64,000 nucleotides of DNA. Source: Flavobacteriales bacterium. Lineage in GTDB: Bacteria > Bacteroidota > Bacteroidia > Flavobacteriales_D > CAJJDF01. Positions 18,903 through 27,840 of the stretch are shown here, one piece after another (positions within the stretch are counted from its first letter, which is position 1; every line of letters starts with the position of its first letter). Below the pieces are notes generated by a model. That model made no database searches and was not told where the DNA came from. It saw only the letters and a list, made by a program, of their open reading frames with translations. The translations under genes and the position numbers were made by a program. Location: positions 7,886 to 71,885 of the forward strand of contig CBFHZD010000005.1 of assembly GCA_965660305.1 (NCBI GenBank). Direction: 5' to 3'.

Positions 18903-19553
18903 ATGAAACATATCATCTTCACTCTTCTTTTTTTATCCGTAGTTATTATTTCAAAAGCCTCGAATACTTTTGAAGGAACGATAGATTACAAAATCTCCTA
19001 CAAAAACTTACCCGAAGAAATGGGTATGTACAAAGCTATGCTCCCAAAAAAATCGAGGGTCATTCTCAAAAATGAATGGAGCAAAATAGAACAAAACATG
19101 GGTATTTTGATGAAAATGGACATCGTTTTCAATTCGAATACACATACTTCGTTCATGCTCATTAATGCCATGGGAAAAAAAATAGCAGTAGAAACAAATG
19201 ACACAACTCACCAAGTTGATCCATCTCTTTTTACCCTAACAAAAAAGGAGGACATAAAAATTATTGCAGGGTACAAATGTCAAAAAAAGATCTTAACCGA
19301 TTCTGCTAATAATTCCTACACCCTCTGGATTACAGACAAACTACCGAGTTACAAAAACCAAAATTTACCTGATATTGACTTAGGTGGATTCCCTATGGAA
19401 TACAACATAGAGAACAATGGCATGAGTGTGAGAATGACTGCCTCTAAAGTAACTAAAAAATCGATTTCTGATGAGGAATTTATTATCCCAGAAGATTACG
19501 AAAAAAAATCAGCAGAGGAAATGGGCGAACTAATGAAGGGCATGAAATTCTAG
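18903..19553 (+). CDS. secreted hypothetical protein (DUF4412-like)
   Basis: Signal peptide MKHIIFTLLFLSVVIISKA. Coding-like composition with no competing ORF. The domain assignment is from memory only. Confidence 0.55.
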   Translation: MKHIIFTLLFLSVVIISKASNTFEGTIDYKISYKNLPEEMGMYKAMLPKKSRVILKNEWSKIEQNMGILMKMDIVFNSNTHTSFMLINAMGKKIAVETNDTTHQVDPSLFTLTKKEDIKIIAGYKCQKKILTDSANNSYTLWITDKLPSYKNQNLPDIDLGGFPMEYNIENNGMSVRMTASKVTKKSISDEEFIIPEDYEKKSAEEMGELMKGMKF

Positions 19554-19557
19554 GTAA

Positions 19558-20556
19558 CTAGGACATAAAAAAGAAATCTACGTTCGGCTTCAAATCCATA
19601 GAATTGAGCGTGTTTTTAATGTTTTCAATTGCTGAATTATTTCTGATAGCTACCAAAATTTGCGGGTTAGAATCAAACACAAAATCCCTATCTGCTTGTA
19701 GTGTGGTGCCGTAAATCTCTTTACCAATCTTATTTGCATTGTTGGTCACCCAATCAAATTCAGACTCAGTTTCAACCAAATATTTGGCTAATTCTTTTCC
19801 TTTTTTTCCTGCACCCCAAAGGAGTAAAGGCCTTGTTTTATCTCTGTGAATCTCAAAAAAATATATCATTTTTAAAGGCAGAAAAAAATTATCCGAATAC
19901 TTGGAATCCGTCCTAGAAGTTCGGGTTTCATAGTCTCTCCACTGATGAATCACCTCGGGAATGGAAGCAATGCGCATGCCTTGCTTGAGCATCCTAAATG
20001 CTAATTCATAATCTTCTGGGTACAATTCCGAATCGAATTTACCAATTGCCTCAAAATCGGTTTTGTGCATCATCCAACTGGGCGAAGGAATGACACACTC
20101 TTTATAAATTTCTTCAAAATTTCTTTCTGTCAGCGTTAATCCATTTAGCCACTCCTGGTAATGAAAATAACCTTCTCCTATCCCTTCTTTACTAAAATAC
20201 TCCACTAAACCAACTGCAACAAACCCCTTACCTTTTTCTTGAAGTTTGTTTACCATCAACTCAATTTTGTGGGGTTTCATAATGTCGTCAGCATCCATTC
20301 TGGTAATAAACTCACCAGAGCTTTTGGAATAAGCCAATTGCAAGGCATCTATGATTCCCTTGCCTGTGTTGTTGTAGATTTTGACTCTAGCATCCAAGGT
20401 AGCATAGTGGTTCAGGATAGACAAGGTATGGTCCTTAGAATGATCATTCACTACAATTAACTCGAACCCGGAATAGCTTTGACTCAAAATAGAATCCATG
20501 CAAGCTCTAAGAAATTGTTCTCCGTTTCGAACCGGAATGAGTATGGATACTTTCAA
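19558..20556 (-). CDS. family 2 glycosyltransferase with extra C-terminal domain
   Basis: VSILIPVRNGEQFLRACMDSILSQSY..ELIVVNDHSKDHT and RMDADD motifs. A roughly 110-aa C-terminal extension contains LLLWGAGKKGKELAKYL (Rossmann-like). Confidence 0.85.
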   Translation of the reverse strand: MKVSILIPVRNGEQFLRACMDSILSQSYSGFELIVVNDHSKDHTLSILNHYATLDARVKIYNNTGKGIIDALQLAYSKSSGEFITRMDADDIMKPHKIELMVNKLQEKGKGFVAVGLVEYFSKEGIGEGYFHYQEWLNGLTLTERNFEEIYKECVIPSPSWMMHKTDFEAIGKFDSELYPEDYELAFRMLKQGMRIASIPEVIHQWRDYETRTSRTDSKYSDNFFLPLKMIYFFEIHRDKTRPLLLWGAGKKGKELAKYLVETESEFDWVTNNANKIGKEIYGTTLQADRDFVFDSNPQILVAIRNNSAIENIKNTLNSMDLKPNVDFFFMS

Positions 20557-20605
20557 AATATGTTGTTTTTTTTTCTAAATATATGAAGTTAAGTCAAGCC
20601 GCAAA

Positions 20606-21646
20606 TCAATCTACCAAAACACCTCCTACTACATCATTTTGTGCTCCCGTAACAGAAGCCAAGCAATTTGGAATATTTTCCATTTTCAATACTCCCAAGA
20701 AGGCAAAAATCAAAGCTTCCTTAAATTCAATTAATTCTTTAGATGCTTTTACCACATTTGCCTTGCTGTATTGTTTTATTTTATCGATCAGAAACAAATT
20801 GTAGGCTCCGCCACCCGTTATCAGAACAGTAGAATTTTCTGGCAATTGATCGGCTATACTTTTGGCTATGTATTCGGTAACGGTCGCCAATTTTGTCTCG
20901 GCAATGGAAGTACTGTTGTTCATTATCGGCAAAAAGAACTCAGAATATTGCTCTGTGCCAAGCGATTTCCCCTTAAAATCTAATTCCTGAAGTTTCCAAA
21001 GCAACTGAGGATTTACCACACCCTGAGCGGCTAAGTTGCCTTTATCGTCATAGTCGTATCCCATTTCTAGAGCAAGCGGATTCAGTGCCATATTGGCAAA
21101 ACAAATGTCCTTGGCCTTTCTTATACCGTCTTGGCTGTACGATACATTCGCAATCCCTCCAATATTGAGGCAATACGCATACTCAGAAAACAACAATTCA
21201 TCGCCAATAGGAACGAGCGGAGCTCCTTGACCTCCGGCTGCCACATCAGCACTTCTAAAATCGTTGATAACTGGCAAGTGTGTGTTGTTCTTTATCTCTT
21301 TTCCATTCCCAATCTGAAGCGTAAAACCTTCGTCTGGTTTGTGAAAAATAGTGTGTCCATGCGAAGCAATAAAATCAATGTTAGTCAATTCATTGTCGGC
21401 TATAAATTGTTGAGTTTCCTTCCCAAAATACGTCCCTAATTCTATATCTAAAGAAACCAACTCAGATTCAGATAAATGGTGAGCATTCCTCAATTTACTA
21501 CGCCATTCAGATGAATACTCGACCATGCGAGAAGCTTGAATGGCAAAGGTCCACTTTTCATTTTGAAAGGTAAATTGACAAAAAGCAATATCCAGTCCAT
21601 CGCAAGAGGTACCAGACATTAATCCTATGACATTGTATGTTTTCAT
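20606..21646 (-). CDS. anmK: anhydro-N-acetylmuramic acid kinase
   Basis: N-terminal IGLMSGTSCDGLDIA signature. C-terminal LITGGGAYN. 346 aa. Confidence 0.9.
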   Translation of the reverse strand: MKTYNVIGLMSGTSCDGLDIAFCQFTFQNEKWTFAIQASRMVEYSSEWRSKLRNAHHLSESELVSLDIELGTYFGKETQQFIADNELTNIDFIASHGHTIFHKPDEGFTLQIGNGKEIKNNTHLPVINDFRSADVAAGGQGAPLVPIGDELLFSEYAYCLNIGGIANVSYSQDGIRKAKDICFANMALNPLALEMGYDYDDKGNLAAQGVVNPQLLWKLQELDFKGKSLGTEQYSEFFLPIMNNSTSIAETKLATVTEYIAKSIADQLPENSTVLITGGGAYNLFLIDKIKQYSKANVVKASKELIEFKEALIFAFLGVLKMENIPNCLASVTGAQNDVVGGVLVD

Positions 21647-21765
21647 TCGTTGAACTTATGAAGTAGAAAGTTACAACTTTTTGAGAGAAATTAAGAATTA
21701 AAAAACTTCTCTGTAATTAATGGTAGAAAAAGAGAATCTCAATCTGATCTGGTTGCTGCATCTTA

Positions 21766-22575
21766 CTACTTCAACACAATTAATTCCACCCTTCTGTTCC
21801 GATAATCCATGATGTTGCCATACTTGGGTTGGGTGTTGTTGTAGCCTTTGTAGGTGAGCATGTGACGTGGTACTTCTCGTTCTATAAAATAAGTGTAAAC
21901 TACAAAAGCGCGCTCAATGGATAACTCCATTTGGTTTCCACAACAAATATGGCCTGCGATCTCAATTTTCAGTTCTTTGTTCTTGATCAATATTGGGATT
22001 ACCTCATCCAAAATTTTGGTTGCTCCTGGCAAAAATTGTGCAGTTCCTCCATAAAACTGAACAGCGGGTAACTCTATGGCTTTTCCTGCAATTAAATCCT
22101 CACTTTTCAATTTTACTTTAGGTTTCTCTTTTTTCTGTTTCTTTTTAATGTTATTTTTCTTCTTTCCTGAGTAAAAAGCCCTCATCCTAACTCTTCTATT
22201 CTTATGTTTGGTAGAATCAATGTTTTGAAACACGGGATTTTCTTCGCCTTGTGGATGGAGAAAAAACAAAGAGTCAGGAAGCATTTCGGGAAAGTAAGAC
22301 CTCAAGTGATTGATGCGTTTTTTTGAGAGTTCTAGGTTGAAAGATTCACTGCCATCCGAATCGGTATAGCCAATCATTTCTATTTTAACTAAATCAAATT
22401 TGTTCAGAATCTTAGCAAAAACAAGTGCCTTTTTTTGCTCAGCGCTGTCCAACACAAAGCTCCCAGACTCAAAATAAAAATCCCGGGTAAACTTTTTCTG
22501 TGAAACCAAAACTCCACTAAAAAGTAGGACAAAAAAAAGTATAAAAACATTTCGCATACTTTCTATAACTCCCAA
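21766..22575 (-). CDS. OmpA-family protein with two OmpA-like domains
   Basis: Domain 1: IEMIGYTDSDGSESFNLELSKKRINHL...NRRVRMR. Domain 2: IEIAGHICCGN...LSIERAFVVYTYF...NRRVELIVL. A Lys-rich linker joins them. Confidence 0.65.
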   Translation of the reverse strand: MGVIESMRNVFILFFVLLFSGVLVSQKKFTRDFYFESGSFVLDSAEQKKALVFAKILNKFDLVKIEMIGYTDSDGSESFNLELSKKRINHLRSYFPEMLPDSLFFLHPQGEENPVFQNIDSTKHKNRRVRMRAFYSGKKKNNIKKKQKKEKPKVKLKSEDLIAGKAIELPAVQFYGGTAQFLPGATKILDEVIPILIKNKELKIEIAGHICCGNQMELSIERAFVVYTYFIEREVPRHMLTYKGYNNTQPKYGNIMDYRNRRVELIVLK

Positions 22576-22594
22576 TTTCTACTCATATTTTGTG

Positions 22595-23458
22595 CTAAGC
22601 TAGTTTTTGTTTCAAAACTTGATAGGCCTCTGAAATCTCCTGAAATTGTTTCTTTGCCAATTCTTTATTTACTCCATTCATCACCTTATCTGGGTGATAA
22701 ATTTTAGCCAATTCTCTGTAGGCTTTTTTTACTACCGGGAAATTAGAGTTGTCTGAAACACCTAGAATTTCGTATGCCCTCATCAAGGTAGATTTTCGCA
22801 CTGTTCGTTTTTCTCCAGAATGGTTTGATTGTGCTCGTTTTTGGCTTTCCCAAGCAAAGTTTCTTCGTGCCAAAATTGAATTCAATACATTGGGATGAAC
22901 CCTTAATTTTTCGGCAATATCGCGAATAATTCTTTCTTCCTCTCGAGACATGTAGCGATCTGCCACAGCAATTTTCACAATCACATCTAACAAAACGGTT
23001 GCATTACTAGCTTCAAAAACCTGATTCAGTTTTCCGCAAGCCTTAGCGGTAGAAATAGAATCGTTATCCTTCACTTTCTGAAAATAGCGATAAGCTCTTT
23101 TTGCTTTGTAATGGCCAAATTGACTTTTAAGGGAACGAATAACTACTTTTTGGTCTTTTACTGATACTTTATCATCTGCTCGAGCAATGATAGCTATCAA
23201 TTCCACGATGGGTTTGAGCCAATACCTTGAGGAACTCATTGTAAAAAAAGTAATGATTGCCGACAAAATCCCTGCGGCAAAAACAGCGCCCATAAAGGCT
23301 GCGCCCAAAGATCGTTCTGGAGGCAAATAAGGGCCGTTCATTCTATATTTTATGGGGTAAAACAGAAACAAGCACAACACAAAGGAAATTAAATAATTTA
23401 GGGTTGATTTCTTTTTAAAAAAATCGATAATTGGCCCTTTTTGTTGTTTTGAACTCAT
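22595..23458 (-). CDS. membrane-anchored TerB-like / C-terminal J-domain protein (DjlA-like)
   Basis: Two TM segments. J domain [32 protein letters not shown] at the C-terminus. The central region is TerB-like ([15 protein letters not shown]). Confidence 0.75.
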   Translation of the reverse strand: MSSKQQKGPIIDFFKKKSTLNYLISFVLCLFLFYPIKYRMNGPYLPPERSLGAAFMGAVFAAGILSAIITFFTMSSSRYWLKPIVELIAIIARADDKVSVKDQKVVIRSLKSQFGHYKAKRAYRYFQKVKDNDSISTAKACGKLNQVFEASNATVLLDVIVKIAVADRYMSREEERIIRDIAEKLRVHPNVLNSILARRNFAWESQKRAQSNHSGEKRTVRKSTLMRAYEILGVSDNSNFPVVKKAYRELAKIYHPDKVMNGVNKELAKKQFQEISEAYQVLKQKLA

Positions 23459-23550
23459 AAAACGAAAGTAAGAATAAATATGGATGAGAAAAAATGGGTT
23501 TCAAAGCTCATTAAAATAAAAATGGACTTTACATTTAATGAACAAAACCG

Positions 23551-23558
23551 TACATTTG
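23551..23558 (+). promoter_or_regulatory. -7 promoter box TACATTTG for acyl-CoA dehydrogenase gene
   Basis: Exact TAnnTTTG match 20 nt upstream of ATG 23579. It lies inside the over-extended track ORF. Confidence 0.5.
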
Positions 23559-23578
23559 GAGCGGAAAAAAAACTAACT

Positions 23579-24718
23579 ATGAATTTCGAATTATCAGAAG
23601 AACAATTAGCAGTACAACAAGCTGCGAGAGATTTTGCTCAAAACTCTTGTTTACCAGGAGTAATTGAAAGAGACAGAGAACAAAGATTTCCTGCTGAACA
23701 AATAAAAGAGCTAGGTGAACTAGGTTTTATGGGAATGATGACAAGTCCAGAAAACGGAGGAAGTGGAATGGATACCATTTCATATGCCATTGCAATGGAA
23801 GAAATTTCAAAAGTGGATGCTAGTACTTCAGTTGTTGTTTCGGTAAATAATTCTTTGGTATGTTACGGACTGGAACAATACGGTACTGAGGAACAAAAAA
23901 AGAAATATTTGGTTCCTTTAGCTAAAGGAGAGAAAATAGGAGCTTTTTGCTTATCTGAACCAGAGGCTGGATCGGATGCTACCTCGCAAAGAACGACTGC
24001 CATTGACATGGGAGATCACTATTTATTGAACGGAACAAAAAACTGGATTACAAACGGAAACTCAGCTTCTACGTATTTGGTAATCGCTCAAACTGATGCT
24101 GAAAAAGGACACAAAGGAATTAATGCCTTGATTGTAGAAAAAGGTATGCCAGGATTTGAAGTAGGTGCAAAAGAAGACAAACTTGGAATTAGAGGAAGTG
24201 ACACACATACTTTGACTTTCAATGATGTAAAAGTTCCAAAGGAGAACAGAATTGGTGAAGATGGATTTGGATTCAAATTCGCTATGAAAACCTTATCTGG
24301 TGGAAGAATAGGAATTGCTGCTCAAGCACTAGGAATTGCGGCTGGAGCCTACGAATTGGCATTGAAATATTCGAAAGAAAGAGAAACTTTTGGGAAACCA
24401 ATTCACAATCACCAAGCTATTGCCTTTAAATTGGCAGATATGGCAACTGAAATTGAGGCAGCTCGTCTGTTAGTGTACAAAGCGGCTTGGCTGAAAGACC
24501 AAGGAATGAACTATGACGAAGCTTCTGCCATGGCTAAATTATATGCCAGTAAAGTAGCAATGGACGTTACAGTTGAAGCTGTTCAAGTGCATGGTGGATA
24601 TGGATTCGTAAAAGAATACCACGTGGAAAGACTGATGAGAGATGCAAAAATTACTCAGATATACGAAGGAACTTCAGAGATACAAAAAATTGTAATTTCT
24701 AGAAGTGTATTGAAATAA
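23579..24718 (+). CDS. acyl-CoA dehydrogenase (short/butyryl-CoA type)
   Basis: MNFELSEEQ start typical of ACADs. Family blocks present: GAFCLSEPEAGSD, WITNG, QVHGGYGFVKEYHVERLMRDAKITQIYEGTSEIQ. Confidence 0.9.
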   Translation: MNFELSEEQLAVQQAARDFAQNSCLPGVIERDREQRFPAEQIKELGELGFMGMMTSPENGGSGMDTISYAIAMEEISKVDASTSVVVSVNNSLVCYGLEQYGTEEQKKKYLVPLAKGEKIGAFCLSEPEAGSDATSQRTTAIDMGDHYLLNGTKNWITNGNSASTYLVIAQTDAEKGHKGINALIVEKGMPGFEVGAKEDKLGIRGSDTHTLTFNDVKVPKENRIGEDGFGFKFAMKTLSGGRIGIAAQALGIAAGAYELALKYSKERETFGKPIHNHQAIAFKLADMATEIEAARLLVYKAAWLKDQGMNYDEASAMAKLYASKVAMDVTVEAVQVHGGYGFVKEYHVERLMRDAKITQIYEGTSEIQKIVISRSVLK

Positions 24719-24820
24719 AGTGTTTTTGTTCTCGATACTTTTTACTTTTTATTGAGAAAAAAGAAAAACACTCGAACTGACATACACTATTTTATTAATT
24801 AACACGTTTTATCTCACAAT

Positions 24821-24916
24821 CATCCTGATATTATTTCAGAATCTCACAGAGAATATTTCACGTTACAATTGGTAATATTTCAATGAATAAAGATCCTGAA
24901 ATAAATTCAGGATGAC
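24821..24916. repeat. hairpin-armed ~97-nt intergenic repeat, copy A (MITE/REP-like)
   Basis: catcctgatattatttcagaatc...core...gatcctgaaataaattcaggatgac. About 88% identical by eye to copy B at 26437-26534. The arms are inverted repeats of each other, and each arm is itself a hairpin. Confidence 0.7.
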
Positions 24917-24944
24917 CTACTAAAAGAGTTAAAATAAAAATTAA

Positions 24945-24971
24945 AAATCCCGACCAACATCGGGATTTTTT
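24945..24971 (+). terminator. rho-independent terminator between the acyl-CoA dehydrogenase and LOG genes
   Basis: Stem aaatcccg / cgggattt with an 8-nt loop, followed by a T-run. Confidence 0.55.
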
Positions 24972-24993
24972 GTGAACACAAATAAAATTAATT

Positions 24994-25683
24994 ATGGGAA
25001 GAAGAACGGAAAGCAAAGAATGGAATGAAATAAAAACAAACGACAGTTGGGCTATATTCAAAATAATGGCTGAATTCGTTGAAGGGTACGACAAACTCGC
25101 AAAAATAGGACCCTGTGTTTCGGTTTTTGGTTCGGCACGAACACCCGAAGACAATAAATATTACAAAATGGCGGAAGAAGTTTCCTTCCTACTCACCCAA
25201 AATAATTATGGTGTGATAACGGGCGGTGGCCCAGGAATTATGGAAGCAGGAAACAGAGGAGCACGGAGAGGTGCCGGGATTTCAGTAGGTTTGAATATCG
25301 AATTGCCTTTTGAACAAAGCTCCAATCCATACATTGACGAAGATAAATTGATTGATTTTGAATATTTTTTCGTGAGAAAAGTAATGTTTGTGAAATATGC
25401 TCAAGGATTTATTGCCTTGCCAGGAGGTTTTGGAACATTGGATGAGTTGTTTGAGGCGTTAACGCTTATCCAAACAAAAAAAATCGGTAAATTTCCTATT
25501 ATTTTGATGGGCAAAGAATACTGGGCAGGAATGATTGATTGGATTAAAAACACCATGCTTGACGAAGAAAAAAACATCAGCTCAGAGGATATGGATTTAA
25601 TGCAAATTGTTGATACTCCTCAAGAAGCAGTAAATATTATTAATGATTTCTACAACAACAATAAGTTGCAGCCTAATTTTTAA
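24994..25683 (+). CDS. LOG-family (TIGR00730-type) nucleotide phosphoribohydrolase / Rossmann-fold protein
   Basis: GGGPGIMEAGNRGA and PGGFGTLDELFE signatures; 229 aa. Confidence 0.9.
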   Translation: MGRRTESKEWNEIKTNDSWAIFKIMAEFVEGYDKLAKIGPCVSVFGSARTPEDNKYYKMAEEVSFLLTQNNYGVITGGGPGIMEAGNRGARRGAGISVGLNIELPFEQSSNPYIDEDKLIDFEYFFVRKVMFVKYAQGFIALPGGFGTLDELFEALTLIQTKKIGKFPIILMGKEYWAGMIDWIKNTMLDEEKNISSEDMDLMQIVDTPQEAVNIINDFYNNNKLQPNF

Positions 25684-25707
25684 TTCAACTAGTTTTCGCT
25701 AGTCAAC

Positions 25708-25737
25708 AAAAAAGCAAGCCAGAGGCTTGCTTTTTTT
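25708..25737. terminator. bidirectional rho-independent terminator
   Basis: aaaaaaGCAAGCC-aga-GGCTTGCttttttt. An A-run and a T-run flank the 7-bp GC-rich stem. It lies between convergent genes. Confidence 0.75.
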
Positions 25738-25766
25738 AGTTTGGTATTTTCTTGTAACCTAAGAAA

Positions 25767-26258
25767 TCAAATCCAACTTCCTTCAATTGGCCTTTGCCAA
25801 TTGTTTAAAAACTCTTCCTTGGAAGACACCAGTCCGTTGTAAAAATGAGTGTTTTTTGAAATGGATCCAGAAGTTATTTTACTTCTTAATTCGGTAAATG
25901 GAAGAACCTCAGCCACTCCATCATTGTCGTAAGCTACAAGCATTCTATCCATCAGCTTTACTCCCAATTCTTGTTCCAATTCTTTGATGAACTTGACCGA
26001 TGCATCTTGAGCTCTTCCGCACATGGTATCGCCTTCGGTATCTGCAAAAACTGCAATGAATCTATTTTTGATTATTTGAAAAGCTCCTTTCACAAGTTTA
26101 CCGTGAGAATCCCACTGCGAAAGAAATGTGTTTGCATATTTTTCAATCTCAGCAACTTGCGATACTGTGAACTCCTGGCTACTCGTGTACACCCATGCTT
26201 TGGCTTGGCTGTCAATTTCACTAAAATCTGTACCTATATGTGTGGTTGTTTCTGTCAT
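25767..26258 (-). CDS. conserved hypothetical cytoplasmic protein (163 aa)
   Basis: Clean ORF with coding-like composition and no signal peptide. I recognise no assignable motif. Confidence 0.6.
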   Translation of the reverse strand: MTETTTHIGTDFSEIDSQAKAWVYTSSQEFTVSQVAEIEKYANTFLSQWDSHGKLVKGAFQIIKNRFIAVFADTEGDTMCGRAQDASVKFIKELEQELGVKLMDRMLVAYDNDGVAEVLPFTELRSKITSGSISKNTHFYNGLVSSKEEFLNNWQRPIEGSWI

Positions 26259-26436
26259 TTTTTTATTTTTAAACTAATCTGAACCCCTGGGTTTTGTCTC
26301 GTTACTCTAGGGACAACATGTCTCGAAGGGTGAGATTCGCTTCTGTAACATTTCAATGAAAAAACACTTCGACCGACCCTTCCCAACTATCTTGACAAGC
26401 TGCTCAGTCTGAAAACACTCATGTTTTTCTTCATTA

Positions 26437-26534
26437 GTCATCCTGAATTTATTTCAGGATCTCAAAGAGAACATTTCACGTTAGCTTTCGTAACATTTCA
26501 ATGAATAAAGACCCTGAAATAAATTCAGGGTGAC
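26437..26534. repeat. hairpin-armed ~98-nt intergenic repeat, copy B (MITE/REP-like)
   Basis: gtcatcctgaatttatttcaggatc...tcacgttagctttcgtaacatttcaatgaataaa...gaccctgaaataaattcagggtgac. Terminal inverted repeats of about 25 nt. A partial extra core copy (ctgtaacatttcaatgaaaaaaca) lies at about 26343-26366. Confidence 0.7.
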
Positions 26535-26580
26535 ATTAGACAAGGATAATTTTGCTTCTAACTTCGTGCTTCCAAATTTA

Positions 26581-27372
26581 TTACAAATCCTGAGCCTGAG
26601 CAATTAGCTCGGCAATATCCATTACATGAACCGATCCCTCTTTCTCTGCCAACTTCACACCATCGGTCATCATGGTGTTACAAAATGGACATCCTGTAGC
26701 AATGAAATCTGGTTTTACCTCTAGCGCATCTTCTGTTCGTTCTACATTTACCTCTTTGTTTCCCGGTTCTGCTTCTTTAAACATTTGGGCTCCTCCTGCT
26801 CCACAACACAACCCTTTCGTTTTGCATCGTTTCATTTCTACCAATTCAGCGTCCAAGGTTTCCAATACTTTTCTGGGAGCTTCATAAACATCATTGGCTC
26901 TTCCTAAATAACATGGGTCGTGGAAAGTAATTTTTTTCCCTTTGAAAGGTTTACCGTCTTCAATTCTCAACTTGCCGCTATCAATCAACTCTTGAATGAG
27001 TTGGGTGTGGTGAATTACTTCATAATTCCCTCCAAGTTCAGGATATTCATTTTTTAAAGTATTGAAACAATGCGGACAACCTGTTACAATTTTACTCACT
27101 TTGTATTCATTCATCACCTGAATGTTTTGCATCGCTTGCATTTGAAACAAAAATTCATTTCCTGCTCTTTTGGCTGGGTCACCCGTACAAGATTCCTCTG
27201 CTCCTAGCACGGCAAATTTCATTTCTACTTTGTTCAGAATTTTCACTATTGCCTTGGTAATTTTCTTGGCTCTGTCGTCAAAGCTTCCAGCGCATCCAAC
27301 CCAAAACAAAATATCGGGAGTTTCTCCTTTGGCCAAGTATTCGGCCATTGTATGTACTTTTAATTTATTCAT
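26581..27372 (-). CDS. (Fe-S)-binding protein with two CCG cysteine-rich domains (HdrD/GlpC C-terminal-half-like)
   Basis: CCG-type motifs: FWVGCAGSF...ESCTGDP and FHDPCYLGR...GLCCGAGG, plus GCPHC and GCPFC. Confidence 0.8.
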   Translation of the reverse strand: MNKLKVHTMAEYLAKGETPDILFWVGCAGSFDDRAKKITKAIVKILNKVEMKFAVLGAEESCTGDPAKRAGNEFLFQMQAMQNIQVMNEYKVSKIVTGCPHCFNTLKNEYPELGGNYEVIHHTQLIQELIDSGKLRIEDGKPFKGKKITFHDPCYLGRANDVYEAPRKVLETLDAELVEMKRCKTKGLCCGAGGAQMFKEAEPGNKEVNVERTEDALEVKPDFIATGCPFCNTMMTDGVKLAEKEGSVHVMDIAELIAQAQDL

Positions 27373-27375
27373 AAT

Positions 27376-27789
27376 TTAAGACTTAAAAACTTGTATTTTT
27401 TCGTTGGAATCAACGAGATCAGTAAATTTCCCTTCAAATCGCGTGGCTCTTACGATGTGATTATCAACCCAATGATAATTTCCACCTCTAGGTTTTCCAA
27501 ATAAGATACCATGATATTTAAATCCATGTTTGGCTAGCCAAGCCTCAGTTACCTCTCGGTTTTCCTCAACCCTAGAAGTGAAAAAAGTTATTATATGTCC
27601 TTCGTCATACCATCTGTTTAAGGTCTCAAGGGCATCAGGATAAACGTTCGCTGTTGCCATCCTTCCTGGTTCCTCATTAGGAATATCATCACAAATGGTT
27701 CCGTCTATATCTATCATATAATTCTTTAAACCTCCTGGTAATACCGGACTGATCAGTTTACCGTTAACCTTTTTATCTTCTAACTTCAT
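27376..27789 (-). CDS. small HAD-superfamily phosphatase-like protein
   Basis: DxDxT motif IDIDGTI, then TSR, GKPRGG and WVDNH, matching HAD motifs I-IV. 137 aa with no cap domain evident. Confidence 0.6.
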   Translation of the reverse strand: MKLEDKKVNGKLISPVLPGGLKNYMIDIDGTICDDIPNEEPGRMATANVYPDALETLNRWYDEGHIITFFTSRVEENREVTEAWLAKHGFKYHGILFGKPRGGNYHWVDNHIVRATRFEGKFTDLVDSNEKIQVFKS

Positions 27790-27840
27790 ATGTGTGACTT
27801 TTATTTAAAAAATTAACCAAATTGGGATTACAAAAACCAT

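Noticed and set aside
24858-25154. 98-aa minus-strand ORF spanning the repeat element, the terminator and the start of the LOG gene.
   Set aside because: It runs through a repeat hairpin and a terminator and overlaps the 5' end of a well-supported gene. It has no supporting features.
24821-26534. The LOG and hypothetical gene block flanked by same-orientation repeats, considered as a composite transposon or genomic islet.
   Set aside because: There is no transposase and no visible target-site duplication. The enclosed genes look like ordinary conserved chromosomal genes. The repeats are better treated as independent small elements.
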